Origin: Selaginella moellendorffii
Lineage: Eukaryota; Plantae; Lycopodiophyta
DNA: 64,000 nt
Reading direction: 5' to 3'
Assembly: GCF_000143415.4 (NCBI RefSeq)
Contig: NW_003314268.1
Coordinates: 201,117-265,116 of the forward strand
A program made the position numbers and the translations under genes. Below are positions 24,830 to 36,849 of the stretch, piece after piece (within the stretch, counting starts at the first letter, position 1; every line of letters starts with the position of its first letter). Below the pieces are notes generated by a model, which saw nothing but the letters and a program-made list of their open reading frames with translations, did no database searches and was not told where the DNA came from.

Positions 24830-25980
24830 ATGCAGGCTAGGGTTGCTCATCTCGGCGCTGGCTTGGCGGGCGCTAGCACCGCGGTTGACCGCGGGATCTC
24901 CAGGCTCCCTTCCCTGGCCATATCCGTGCCGATCGGGAGGCGCCGGGAGAATGCAGGGAAGATTTCGGCCGTGGCGGACAAGGTATGAGCGGAATTTCTA
25001 GCAAGATAGCTAGTGATGGAGTGTTTTCTCTGCGAATAGGCCGGAGAAGCAACCGATCGGAGCGTCACTCATCCTGTCTCGTTCTCCATTTGCCATAATG
25101 TTCAAGAGTATGGGATTTTTTGCTCTCTTAATTTTCTTCTCTTGTGCTAACATTGTTTCTTCAGGGGTGAAACGTTAACTTCCATAGCCCGCCAATACAG
25201 CACTTCTGTGCAAACTATCGCTCTAGCAAATAAGATTGACGACATTGATTTGCTACAAACTGGTCGCGTCTTGCTAGTGCCTGTCCAACCGAGAGTGTTC
25301 CAAAAGGTAAACAAAACGTTCATTTCGCACGTACCACGAACTATGGCTTCTTTCTTCAGGTTGCTGCTTTGGTCATCCAGGACACACCATCGACCTCGGA
25401 AGAAATTATCAGCACTGTTGCACAACCACGGTCACCTGTTCCTCCATGGATGGTGTCAGGATTTCCAAACTTCGTAAGCTTTTCTTTGTACTAAGTCGTC
25501 ATATCAACGTGTTGTTTTATGCAGGTAAGCTTCACGGCTCCGTTACTCTTGCTGGTTCCGGTTGTGCTTCTTGGCTTTCGAAAACTCCTACAAGAAGCGC
25601 AGAACAGAATAAAAGTAGAAGTCTCTAGGACGCAAGCTGAGAAAGAGCTGTGGGATGTACAACGCCGTCCACGACTTCATCGCTGGCAAAGGATCCTCGA
25701 CGGCGATAGAGAATCCGAAGTGGCTGTTCCGGGCGATGGACAGCGGCTGGTATAATCCTCTTACACGCAAGCCTTGACGTGAGACTGAATGCCATGTCTT
25801 TTTCAGGAGGGAGCTGAGAGTGAGACAGAAGAGCAGAGGAAAGCACGAGAAGAGGAAGAATTACGCAAGTCTTACGCTGAACTCGAGGCAACGTACATGC
25901 AGTTCCTTGCAGACAGTGGACTGTCTCGGTCTGGGTATTGGCGCGGTGGAATGCCTTCGTCTTCACACCACGATGGGTAA
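24830..25980 (+). CDS. LysM-domain membrane protein with putative plastid transit peptide; multi-exon
   Basis: Spliced translation: MQARVAHLGAGLAGASTAVDRGISRLPSLAISVPIGRRR (transit-peptide-like); HNVQEGETLTSIARQYSTSVQTIALANKIDDIDLLQTGRVLLVP (LysM); APLLLLVPVVLLGF (TM); C-terminal ELEATYMQFLADSGLSRSGYWRGG. Confidence 0.85.
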
Positions 25981-26924
25981 CTTTCTGCCGTTATTTGTAA
26001 ATTACGCTCGTGTAACATAGCTCTGAACTCCAGGTGCTTGATATAGACAGACTGATTTGTGCATAAAGTTACTTGCGCTTGGTTTGTGTTTGTCAGACAG
26101 GGATGATTGAGACTACAGCCATGGCCTTGTGGATCGACGATCGGCGAGGTGAGTGGCATCGAATTTAACTTGAAAGCTCCATCGCTTCTGACTCTCTTCT
26201 CGCTTGTCAACAGATTCATGCATCTAATCTATGCGGCCAAAGGTGCACAAGCTTCCAGCGGGGTACTGTTCCATCCTTTTGCCGAGTGCAGTGCATTGGA
26301 CCCCAGGCAAGTAGTAAACAATACCCGCCGCTATCAAATTGGCCCATTTGATCCACTGACAGAAACACTTGCAACTTGCAGGAAGTTTATTTTTTTCTTG
26401 ACAAAGAAGAAAAAGACTTACGCATATGCAAACAAGCCGACGAGAGATTCCGTAGTGGCATATGTCACGTACATTCCCCGGGTGCGAACTCCAATGTCGA
26501 GCGCTGCGTTAAATTTTCAGATAAACGCTGCTGGTATTTGCCCACGCAATCGCTCGCAAAAGTCTTCTCCAGCCTGTATGCAAAACAGTGGCTCTATACA
26601 ACCAAACCGTTCTTATAACACTTGTTCCATCCGATGGATGGCGGGTCTTATTTAAAGAAAGGATCAACTCTTTTATAATCAACCATCGAGCGACTGTCTG
26701 GTTCTTCAGTTTCTTCCTCTCGCTCATTGACTTGTTCTTCAGCTCCGCTCCGAAGATCCTACTCGCTTCGTCCTTTCATCTATCCATCGAGCTGAAGAAC
26801 GAGAATCAATCTCAAGAAGTGATCGCGGCCTCGAGAATCTCTTGCTCTCGGAAAACGAGACGAGAGAGAACCTGTAGTTTTCTCTTTTCTCGTTCGTTTT
26901 TTGCAGCAGGAGAGCTGAGACAAG

Positions 26925-27717
26925 ATGGAGGCTTGGTATATGGACGACTCGAGTGAAGATCAGCGGCAGCCGCATCACCTCAACCCAGTCCAGCTCGTTT
27001 CGCACGAGAAGCTCGCAGGTTTTCTGTGAGATTTCTTTGTTTTTCTGCTTCTCACCTTGGAAACGTTTTGGTGCCTTGCAGCTCTGGGCGTTTTGCACTG
27101 GAATCTCGACGCAGATCGGTACGAGACCGATTCAAAGCTACAGGAGATACGAAAGAAGCGAGGATACTCATATCAGGTAGCTCTTGGATCGGAAAAGACG
27201 AGCAAAGCTGCAGTAATTTGCAAAAAAAGCTTATGTTGATTTCTTTGTTTCACAAAGGATATCATCACCGTGAGTCCGGAGAAGCTGCCAAACTACGAGC
27301 AAAAGATCAGGAGCTTCTTCGAGGAGCACATCCATCTGGACGAGGAGATCCGCTACTGCCTCGATGGAAGCGGTAACTAGCAAACTCGGTTTTCCATTTA
27401 TACCAAAAGCGATAGTAGTAAGTGAGAAGAACAGCTTGATGTAAGTAACGTTTGGCAAACGCAGGCTACTTCGATGTGAGAGACTTGGGCGATCGGTGGA
27501 TTCGTATTTGGGTGAAGAAGGGAGACATGATCGTGCTTCCTGCTGGAAGCTACCATCGCTTCACTCTGGATAACAGCAATTACATCAAGGTGGCATTGAG
27601 ATCGCACACGAATTTATCTTCTGATGCTTCGGTTTCGAGCAGGCAATGCGTCTCTTTGTGGGAGAACCAGTTTGGACGCCTTACAACAGGCCACAGGACG
27701 AGCACCCAGTCAGGTAA
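26925..27717 (+). CDS. ARD: Acireductone dioxygenase (ARD/ARD' cupin, methionine salvage); multi-exon
   Basis: MEAWYMDD...[65 protein letters not shown]. Ends at TAA 27715-27717 unless that GT is an intron donor. Confidence 0.92.
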
Positions 27718-29221
27718 CATATTCGTATCATACTCGGTTATCTAAAGGCCGTTTGCTGGTGCCAGGAAACAATACATTAGCTTGTTTGCACCGCAGTGAA
27801 GTGTTTATAAATCAATGACTACGTGCATTTCTACTTGGCTTTGTATTTCTTATTAAATTATAATAAGAATAAAGATATATGTATAGTGTTTCTTTTGAAG
27901 GCTATGTCAAAACGCTCACTTAGATCCTGGCCAAAATGCCTTCACATGATAGAGAAATGAATCAGGTCTGGCATTTACGGTGAAAGCCCAGTTGCGGCAT
28001 CTGGTGTAGGTGGTGGACTTGCTAGAACAAAAAAGGGGGCTCTCTAGGCCTACACAAGGTCAATCTTTCACAGGATCAATGAGGGAAATCCACTTGTGGT
28101 TTGGACTTGTCCTGACGGGCATACAGAACAGTACCTACTCTGCTTGTTCTTAACTTGTCACTCCTGACATTAACATGATCAGTTCTCACATCTACATTGA
28201 AAATTTCAACGAGACTTGCTTCTACGTGGTCAGTTGGGAATATAAATCCATGCCACAAAGAGATATTTGTAAATGATTAATCACGTTAGACGATATAATT
28301 TTTCGTTATTAAAATCTAAGAAAATCAAGTATGTAATGGCATTTAGAGCACTTTGGAGAAACACCAGACCTACCGATTTTCTGGAAGAGGTTTGTGATGC
28401 CTGACCACCAACCATAAAGCAACACTTACAACAGACACCCAGATTCAGGCAATAAACTCCAAGCCTCCACGAGGGTGGCATTCTTTGAACAAAGTCAACT
28501 AATAGAAGTGAACGAACTCACAATTTGAGACGATGAAGTTCTCTATGAGCAGTGCATACAGTAAATCCAGTGGTGAACATACTCCCAACCCCGAATGTAT
28601 GGGGCCGACATACGGAACCATAATTGCAAATAAATAGATCATGAGGCAAGAGGCATCCATGACAAGGAGATAAGCAGTAGCGTGATTCATGGATTCCCAA
28701 CCGTTTCTAGTGTATCGGGTCGCAATGAATCCAAACTGCATGAACTGAGCTTCCAATCAAGCAGCCGAATTTGAGCTTCTCCCACAAAAGCTTACCTAGT
28801 AAATCATCGTCAGAACAATTGAAGTAGACTGTCTTGAACTGTTTTTTTTCTCTCATTGCATCAGTGATTTCACTGTCAAGATCAGAGGTTCTTACCATGG
28901 TATCCAAGCGAAAAACAGGGACCTTGTAAAGCATTCATAGATAATTGATCAAGAGTGATGGCGTCTTAACATTGAGAGGGCCGAGCGGTGTATGAGAAAG
29001 CTTCCGTCTGACTTCTTGGGATTTGTTTTCAGTCGAGCGATCGATATGTCTGATTTCTTGGGATTGTTTTCCGATCGACATGATCTATTGCCATACCCAT
29101 GACCAGTCCATCTTAAATTAGTTGCGCGTACGTGAGCCCTACTGCCACAAATTACAACGTCCAGAATCACACTGCGTTTGTGGCCTCATTCCACGCTCCG
29201 GCATGTGGTGCAGCCAAAGAG

Positions 29222-29520
29222 TCAACAGGGCATGACCGGGCCGCGGGCTAGTCCAGATCCCCTGATCATTGCCACCCACGTCTCGTCGGCATCAGTGCAA
29301 GATGCGCTGCCTATGCTTGCTGGGCATGGAATCGAACAACTCCTTTCCTGAGCAAAGGTGCTAGCACTGTGAGCTCTGGAGCATCTCGTTGGCCTCGTCA
29401 TGAACATCAAGCTCCGCCATCCAGTTGAAGATCTCGCTCGCCTCCGCCACCTTGCGTAGGCCGCCATCATCTGGATCCCCCACGTCCTCCAAATGCCCGT
29501 TGTTCACAAACCATTTGCGC
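29222..29520 (-). pseudogene. Degenerate pentatricopeptide-repeat (PPR)-like fragment
   Basis: Frameshifted pieces NNGHLED, MMAAYA, EASEIFNWM, TWVAMI resemble PPR consensus; no continuous ORF. Confidence 0.4.
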
Positions 29521-30003
29521 GCCAATTTTAAAATCCCCTCATGCAAATAGTGGCTGATGTATATCCGCGGGGAAACAAATCGCTGTGCAGAGTGCTTGAA
29601 TGAGCACGCCCCCGTGGCCCTTTGGAACTTTCCCTAGCCTAAAAGTAAACTATAAAGCTGCTTGGATTTCTTTTTTCTCTCGTGACGGATTCGTGAGCTG
29701 ATCGCTTTCTTGATCTAGGTCGAAATAATGATTCTCCTGGCCTCTCCTAAAGAAAGTGCTCTCGTTTGCCATCCAAACAGCAAGCACAAGGAAAACAGGG
29801 AAACTGAGCTTCTATGTGTTCATTTAGGCTACTGCTCTCGACGAAAACAGATGCATTTATCGTGTGAAACTGCGATTTCTACTTGTGTTGATCAAGACTG
29901 ATCTTTTCTTCCCAAAAAGTGTGCCAGATATATTGCAAGAAAAGATCACCATCTCTACTGGATTCATCTTGAGAATGTTTGTTAAAGATCATCATAGGTG
30001 AAA

Positions 30004-30005
<2 letters not shown>

Positions 30006-30035
<30 letters not shown>
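30006..30035. repeat. (TA)n microsatellite
   Basis: About 15 TA units. Confidence 0.9.
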
Positions 30036-30041
<6 letters not shown>

Positions 30042-30057
30042 GTTTTGGTTTTAAGAT

Positions 30058-30233
30058 TGTGAGTGCTTGGAATATGGAAAGGGAATATAGAAAATGTGCA
30101 TATCAATTAGCTTAAAAACCCTAGCTTATATATAAGAGTGAGTGGTCTGGATTGAAACCAATCCAACAGCTACCAAAATTCCACTACACTAATATTAGTA
30201 TACAACATTGTAGCCGTACACTTGGCCCTCACA
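30058..30233 (-). repeat. 3' LTR of Gypsy element
   Basis: tgtgagtgcttgg...ttggccctcaca; adjacent polypurine tract on the minus strand (gagaggagggaatga). Confidence 0.9.
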
Positions 30234-33200
30234 TCATTCCCTCCTCTCAGAATAATGGAAGACCATTAGAGTTCTCTTGTAGATGGGCTGGGATCTAGAG
30301 GAACGTCAGGAGGAGGCATCGATGGATCTATAGATGGTATTAACTGCTCTTGATCCCTTTGTATGAAGTGTTTCAACTGCTACACATGCACAATCTCTGG
30401 AGGATCGATCTATTGGATGTCATGCCAAACTTCATAAACTTGTGGTCTAACTTGCCGCAACACCCGATACAATCCTTTCCACTGTGCAAAGAGCCCCTTA
30501 GATAAACCACGTACTGTAAGATGGGGAAAATGAACTAACACCAAATCATCCACTTTGTACTTTGTAAATGGACGATGATGGGAGTTGTAACACCGTTGTT
30601 GTCCCACTTGTGTGCGGCCTAAGTGTTCAATAGACTCTGCTTGGACAAATGGAAGAATGCTCAACACGACGATGTTTTATATGCCCACCTAGAATAGGAG
30701 AATCATGGTAGGCATGAAGAAACAGTGGAATAAAGACAGAAGGCACAACTAACCGTAAATGATCATCAAGATCTGTCCTCACAAAATAAAGAAGGCCATT
30801 TTCAAGGCGATATTGAGAATGTAAATGCCGAAAAGGCAAGTCATCAGCAAATGATGTAGAATTCTCAAACCCATCTCGAAGCCTTCGAATCCACGACTCA
30901 ATCTTTTGAGCTTCGCGAACCTCATCAAGAGAAGGTAAATCTTCCTCTGCGCCTTGTGGACACTAAACATCAAGTACAACAACTGTTGATGGCACAGAAT
31001 CCTCGTCTAAAAAATCCACAGATGTTGGAACAATAGGCTCATCAGAAACATGAGAAGGGAGTGGAGAAGGAAGAGGAGCTCAAGAAAGGCCATCAGCATC
31101 AACCATAGAACTCCCTGGGCGATGAACAACATCAAAATCATATATCTGAAGCTTCAAAGCCCACTGAGCAGTACGACCAACCAGGTTCTTCCGCTTTAAT
31201 AATGAAGTAACAGCATGGTTACCTTCAAGTAACGTCTGAGAACCATATAGATATACATGAAGTTTCTCGAAACCCCAAATTGCTGCTAAACACTCTTTCT
31301 TTGTCATGAAGTAGTTCATCTCCGCTAGTTGTAATGTACGGCTTATATATGCAATGGGATGGTGCTGGCCAGGCACACTCGAGCTCTCTTGCATCAACAC
31401 ACCTTCAAGACCAATGTCAGAAGCATCCACGCGCAAAATAAAAGGTCGAGTGTAGTTAGGAAATGCCAAAACTAAAGGAGTCGTCAATAGCTCTTTGAGA
31501 TCCACGAACACCCGCTCACAATCTGGAGACCAGATGAAAGATGACGTTGATGACTTCAGCAACACTCGCAACGGTGCAGTGTGATCAGAAAGATGATCCA
31601 CAAAACGACCAAGATACTGCACCTTGCCCAAGAAGTGTTGCACATCATTCACACACTTCAGAGTAGGGAACTTTAGAACAGCCACAAGTTTGTCAGGATC
31701 AACTTACAAACCCTCATGAGAAATACGGTACCCAAGATAAGTTGTGTCCTTGGACCCAAACACGCACTTCGACTAGTTCAGCTTTAAACCAACATTATGT
31801 AGCTGATCCAACACTTTACAAACATCACGAACGTGCTCCTCCCACGTCCCCTCCGAGTGGATCAAGATATCATCAATGAAATCAGCCGTCACCTCCGGCA
31901 TATCACAAAGAACCTCGTCCATCATCCACTAGAAAGTTGCTAGAGCATTGTTCAAATCAAACAGCATCACTAAGAACTTATACAAACCAAATAGTATACG
32001 AAAAGTAGTCTTAGGAATATCTTTTTCGGCCATTGGTAGTTACTAGTACCCAACAACAAGATTTGGTGAACTAACAACTTCGCCCCAGACAATCCAAGAG
32101 ATTAGCAATGTCAGAAAGAGGGTACATATCTGGGATCGTCACTTCATTTAATGGATGATAGTCGATGCAAAAACGAATACTCCCATCAAGCTTCGTCACC
32201 AGATGAGGTTCACATGCTCAAGGATTCTGTGACTTTCAAATAACACCCTTTTCTAATATCTTCTTGACATTTGCATTTAAAATCTTAATCTTTTTTAGGT
32301 GACCGATAATGAATAGGAACCTTGATTGGACGAGCATCCCCAGTTGGAATCGGATAACATGTGGCAATCTTAGCCTTAGATGATAGGTCAAAGTCAAAGA
32401 GATCGGCATACTCCTTCATGAACCGATCAACCATTGCAACACAAAGACTGTTGGAGGGATTGGAAAAGGGAAGAGTGGAACAAGACAAAAACATAGAAGG
32501 AAATAATGGGGAGACAAAAGTAATGGAAGTAGAGGTAGAAGTAAAGGGACGAAAAGGTATAAAAGTGAGAGGAATTAATGAAACATAAGGAAGTATGAGA
32601 CAAGGGGGAGAAGCTTCAAAGTCACACTTGGCATGATTGCGCTAAAACAAATCCATACCAAGAATGAAGTCAAAAGTTTGACTCGACACCACCCGCAATG
32701 ATTGCAACTCAAGCTCGAAATCACCCACACGCACAACCAAGTCCGCCTCATCTCATGCATATGCATGTGTACGGCCGTTGCCATAAAGAATGAAAATTGG
32801 TTCTACCACATAACGCAAGTATAGATGGCAACGTGTGGCAACAGGTCGAGCAATAGAAGATTCAAATCTGTATCAACCAACATGGAGAGAATAATAGGAG
32901 ACCTCTTGTTATAAAAACGAGCTTGGAAAGTAAAAACTAAATGAATCGGTGCCAAATGAACCCCTTGATGATACTCCCGAAAGAAAGATGGAAGGGTCAT
33001 TGACTTATTTGCGCAAGGTCCCTCAATTACTCATGCGACTTCGTGTTTCCCAAATGCATCTCAGTGTCCAAACCTTCCACTACAACAGCATTAACGGGAC
33101 ATTGCTGATGCCAAAATCTCCACCTAGGAAATGGAGGTTGCCAATCCGGAAAATGCCAACAACGCCAATAAGTATGACCAACTTCATTACATGCCCAATA

Positions 33201-34154
33201 GTGAACATCACGGCCATGACCACGTCCTCGCCTTTGTCCTTGGACTCGAGCAGCAGCAACATCAACCTCCATTGGAACAGGACCATCACTTATAGGAAGT
33301 GGAGTTGAAGGACGTGCTGTGAGAAGTAAAAGATGCGATGTCTCATAACGTTGTGCCAAACGAAGAGCATCATCAAGGGTGGCGGGAGCAAGTGCATGCA
33401 CAAGTTCGATAAAATCTTGATGAAGTGCTAGCCACAACATTTCTAGCTTGATCTGCTCCGACATATTTGGCTCCGCACGAAGTAAAAGACTTCGGAAACA
33501 AACACCAAATTGCATCACCGACTCATATGACCTTTGACGAAGATAATGCAATTGTTGGAAGGCATTATCACGGTCATTGGCGTCCAAAGGAGCGTTTGAA
33601 GATGTCCAGGAGAACACTCCAATCCCCACGAGTGGTTGTGCTCAAACCATTGTACCATTGCAATGCCGTCCTTTGGAGACACGTGGGAAACTCACGCAAA
33701 CATCGAGCATCATTCCAAGAACGATATGTGGCAATCACTGTGAAGTGATCAAACCAATGGTACACATCATCCCCAAGATTCCCATGAAAAAACTCCGGCC
33801 GAACGTAAGGATTGGCACCAAGAGTAGAAGGAGTTGTACCACATGCCGTGAACACCACCATCAACTGAGTTTGATTGTTCAATTGCAAACACATAGCATC
33901 AAGCAATTGTACCAACTGCTATTTCAGAGGCAAAGGAGGAGATTGCTGATCTGCCATGAAGACGAACGAAAAAAGAAAGAGCAAAAAAAGAAATGACAAA
34001 AAGTTAAAAGGAAATGCTAGATCTAGACAATGCAAAAAGCTATATCTAAACCAAAATCCTGAAAGGAAAGAACAAAAGAAAGGAAGTGGAAAAAGTTAGA
34101 TCTAGATAATACACAAACTAAATTTAAACCAAAATTGCCCCTCACCTCTACCAA

Positions 34155-34330
34155 TGTGAGTGCTTAGAATATGGAAAGAGAATATAGAAAATATGTATAT
34201 CAATTAGCCCAAAAACCCTAGTTTATATATAGAAGTGAATAGTTCGGATTGAAACCAATCCAACATCTACCAAAATCCCACTATACTAACATTAGAATAC
34301 AACATCATAGCTGTACACTTGGCCCTCACA
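34155..34330 (-). repeat. 5' LTR of Gypsy element
   Basis: tgtgagtgcttag...ttggccctcaca; followed on the minus strand by PBS TGGTAGAGGTGAGGGG. Confidence 0.9.
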
Positions 34331-35096
34331 AGATGAAATTTAATGGACACTTGCAAGTGGTAGAGGCCAGTGGCCCATTGGGAGGTACCTGGGGCTCACA
34401 AGCACATTTAACTCATGCCACTAATCTCACCCCTGCAACTGCCTCTCTTTATACATTGCCCAACGTGGATCCTTTATTCCAAAGGAAGCAAACATCATTG
34501 ACCGGATCAAACAAAGTCTTGGGGTTGGATAAGGCAATACTTCTTTGTTGCTTTAGTTCATCTCTTTCACTTTAGGCTTCAGATCTCAAGACTTCCATTA
34601 ATTTTCTGCCGTGGGGAACATGGAAGTTTAATAGCATGCTGGAGTGATCAGTTCTGGGATTGTGAACTGGAGGCCAGCCACTTAACACTCTATTTGAAGG
34701 AGTCATCGCTTTTATGTGGGACAAAGCGAAGCTTATAATCCTATTACTAAGTCTGAAAGAGCTGCTCCTCCAATACCCCATGCCCAGTTTCTTTGGCAAG
34801 CTCGTTTAAGTGGGTCAACCAACACAGTATAATCATTCTTTGAAGCATAATTTAAAAGGGACAATGTGAAAGAGAGCTGTGATATGAATCTAAATCTCTG
34901 ACCACGCGATCTTCCAGTTGCCCGGTTAGAAACAAAACCCTGATATTTCGTTCTTCACTAGACTTTTCTCCCAGACAAGTCCAGCTAAGCAAATTTGACA
35001 AACGTCCTTGAAGAAAAACAAATGAACACTGAGAGAAGTTCCTAGTTTTCTTTGCATTATACTTAGTTTACAACAATAAAGCTCTTTCATTCAGCT

Positions 35097-36341
35097 TTAA
35101 ATGCCTCGTTGCTCAACATCAAATACCTGAGCTGGTTTGATAAAGCTAGCTCGCCGACTAGGCTGTAGAACTAGAGTAATCTCTGTGGCTTTCCTCGTAA
35201 CCTCCTCATTTGCCTCGCGTTCCTTTCTCTGCCCCCATATGAGCAAGTATAAGCCGAAGATAATCGTGAGCCCTCCCACCAGAGTTCCCAATCGCAAGCT
35301 TTCCTTCAAGAAAAAATAGCTTAGACACGCCGTGATAATAGTTTCCAGTGGTTGATACGCTGCCACTACCACCGGGCCTCCTTCTTTCACCGCCCACGAT
35401 TGAATCCCTGATACAATCCCCGATCCAATTACTCCTGCGTAGACGATGCTCAGAGCTTCCCCGAGTTTGATGTTCGTCCACAAGCTCCACTGTGGCTCAA
35501 ACGCCGCTCCAACAACCGGGAGCTGGATCACACTCGAGAGGCACGACATGGAAGCGAAAGTTACTGGAGCTGGGAAAGATTTGAGTACTGGAGCCTGGAG
35601 GATGAGAAAGAGCGCAAAAGAGAGGCCCGATAGGAGGAGAAAGATTGCTCCCAGATGCCATGAAACCATCTTATAGTGGAGCTCGCCAGTGAAGAGGTGG
35701 AGTACATGGCTCTCCACAATGTTGGAGACGATCGCCGACGAGCCTTGATCATCCTTGGTGTGGAAGACTGCGAATTTGCCCTCAAGAACCACGGGACCTT
35801 TGTAGATCGACAAGATGATTGAACCAACAAGACCGATCAGCGCTCCCGAGAGCTTGGCGATGCCATGCCTTTGTCTCAAGTCAACCTTTTCCAGCTTGAA
35901 GAAACACGCAAGAACAAACGTCATTATAGGGATGCAGTTGCGGATGGCAGATGTAACCATGACCGACGTCAAACCCAGGCCGACCAGGTAACAAAGCTGG
36001 TTCATCGTCACCCCCAAGAACCCTAGGAAAAAGAAGTAGAAAACCTCCTTGAAAGTGAGCTTCCTCCAGTTCTTGCGCTCGAAGATGATTCCAGAGATTC
36101 CCAACACGATGGTGGCGAGACAATTCCTGTAAAACGTGAACGCCGTCTTTCCCACGCCTTGGTCGAGAGCTACTCGGCTCAAAACTTCGAATCCAGCAAA
36201 GAGAGCTTGTGTTGCGCCAAGTGAGAGATAGAGCCTCAACTTTCCAGCACAATTTTGTAGAGAAGAATTATCGTTATTCATACTCCTTTGATCGTTGATG
36301 TCTATGCGTAACTCTTGTGGTGTTGTAGAAAACACAGCCAT
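35097..36341 (-). CDS. WAT1-related / UMAMIT (MtN21, EamA-like) transporter, intronless, copy 2
   Basis: 414-aa ORF nearly identical to 22971-24215. Confidence 0.93.
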   Translation of the reverse strand: MAVFSTTPQELRIDINDQRSMNNDNSSLQNCAGKLRLYLSLGATQALFAGFEVLSRVALDQGVGKTAFTFYRNCLATIVLGISGIIFERKNWRKLTFKEVFYFFFLGFLGVTMNQLCYLVGLGLTSVMVTSAIRNCIPIMTFVLACFFKLEKVDLRQRHGIAKLSGALIGLVGSIILSIYKGPVVLEGKFAVFHTKDDQGSSAIVSNIVESHVLHLFTGELHYKMVSWHLGAIFLLLSGLSFALFLILQAPVLKSFPAPVTFASMSCLSSVIQLPVVGAAFEPQWSLWTNIKLGEALSIVYAGVIGSGIVSGIQSWAVKEGGPVVVAAYQPLETIITACLSYFFLKESLRLGTLVGGLTIIFGLYLLIWGQRKEREANEEVTRKATEITLVLQPSRRASFIKPAQVFDVEQRGI

Positions 36342-36849
36342 TATCCAACAAAGGGAGAGGAGCTATGAAAATCCTTCAAGATCTCTAGGGCTTTTATATG
36401 CAAAATAAAAAGGTCCAGTAAAGTTTGGTTTAATAAATCCCCAACATAATTCTGAAAAGGAATAACTAAAGAAAAAGGTAATCTGGTCGAGTAAAAGGTA
36501 TGGCAAAGTTGACATTTCTGAGGTGAGATCAAGGGATGTAGAAACTTGTTGACTTAAAACGAGCACATAAAACTTACACGTATATGCGATATGTCGTTAA
36601 GCTATGAAAGATCTGATCTGGAGAAATTCCGAGCTTGTAAATGCCTATCAAGGCAAAAACAAAGAAACAAAACCACCTGGCCCGACTAAAATCAAAGGCA
36701 AACCTGGAACAACATATACAAGCTTGGCACGCATGCATGAGCTCTTTAAATCTCGTAAATTATGTACTCGGATTGGCATCGCTACAAAAAAGAATCTGGT
36801 ATGCTTTATATACACTTGCAACCAATAGAATCTCGGTTTCCTTTACGTT

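Larger units (their letters stand above)
30058..34330 (-). mobile_element. Decayed Ty3/Gypsy LTR retrotransposon with integrase core deleted
   Basis: TG...CA LTRs at 30058-30233 and 34155-34330, flanking AGAT duplication, PBS 34138-34153, PPT 30234-30248. Gag (PEFFHG, LRQRSYESV, GPVPMEVD), RT (FCIDYHPLN, FIDDILI), RNase H (VDASD, ECLAAIWG) and integrase remnants in Gypsy order, with many stops. Confidence 0.93.
24377..36400. repeat. Tandem segmental duplication, unit 2 (intact LysM gene, ARD, Gypsy insertion, WAT1)
   Basis: Collinear with 17995-24277. Longer because of the intact LysM 3' half and the 4.3 kb LTR element. Confidence 0.9.

Noticed and set aside
26107-26655. 182-aa ORF between the LysM gene and ARD
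   Set aside because: Non-ATG start, no recognisable motifs, and no consistent splice model on either strand.
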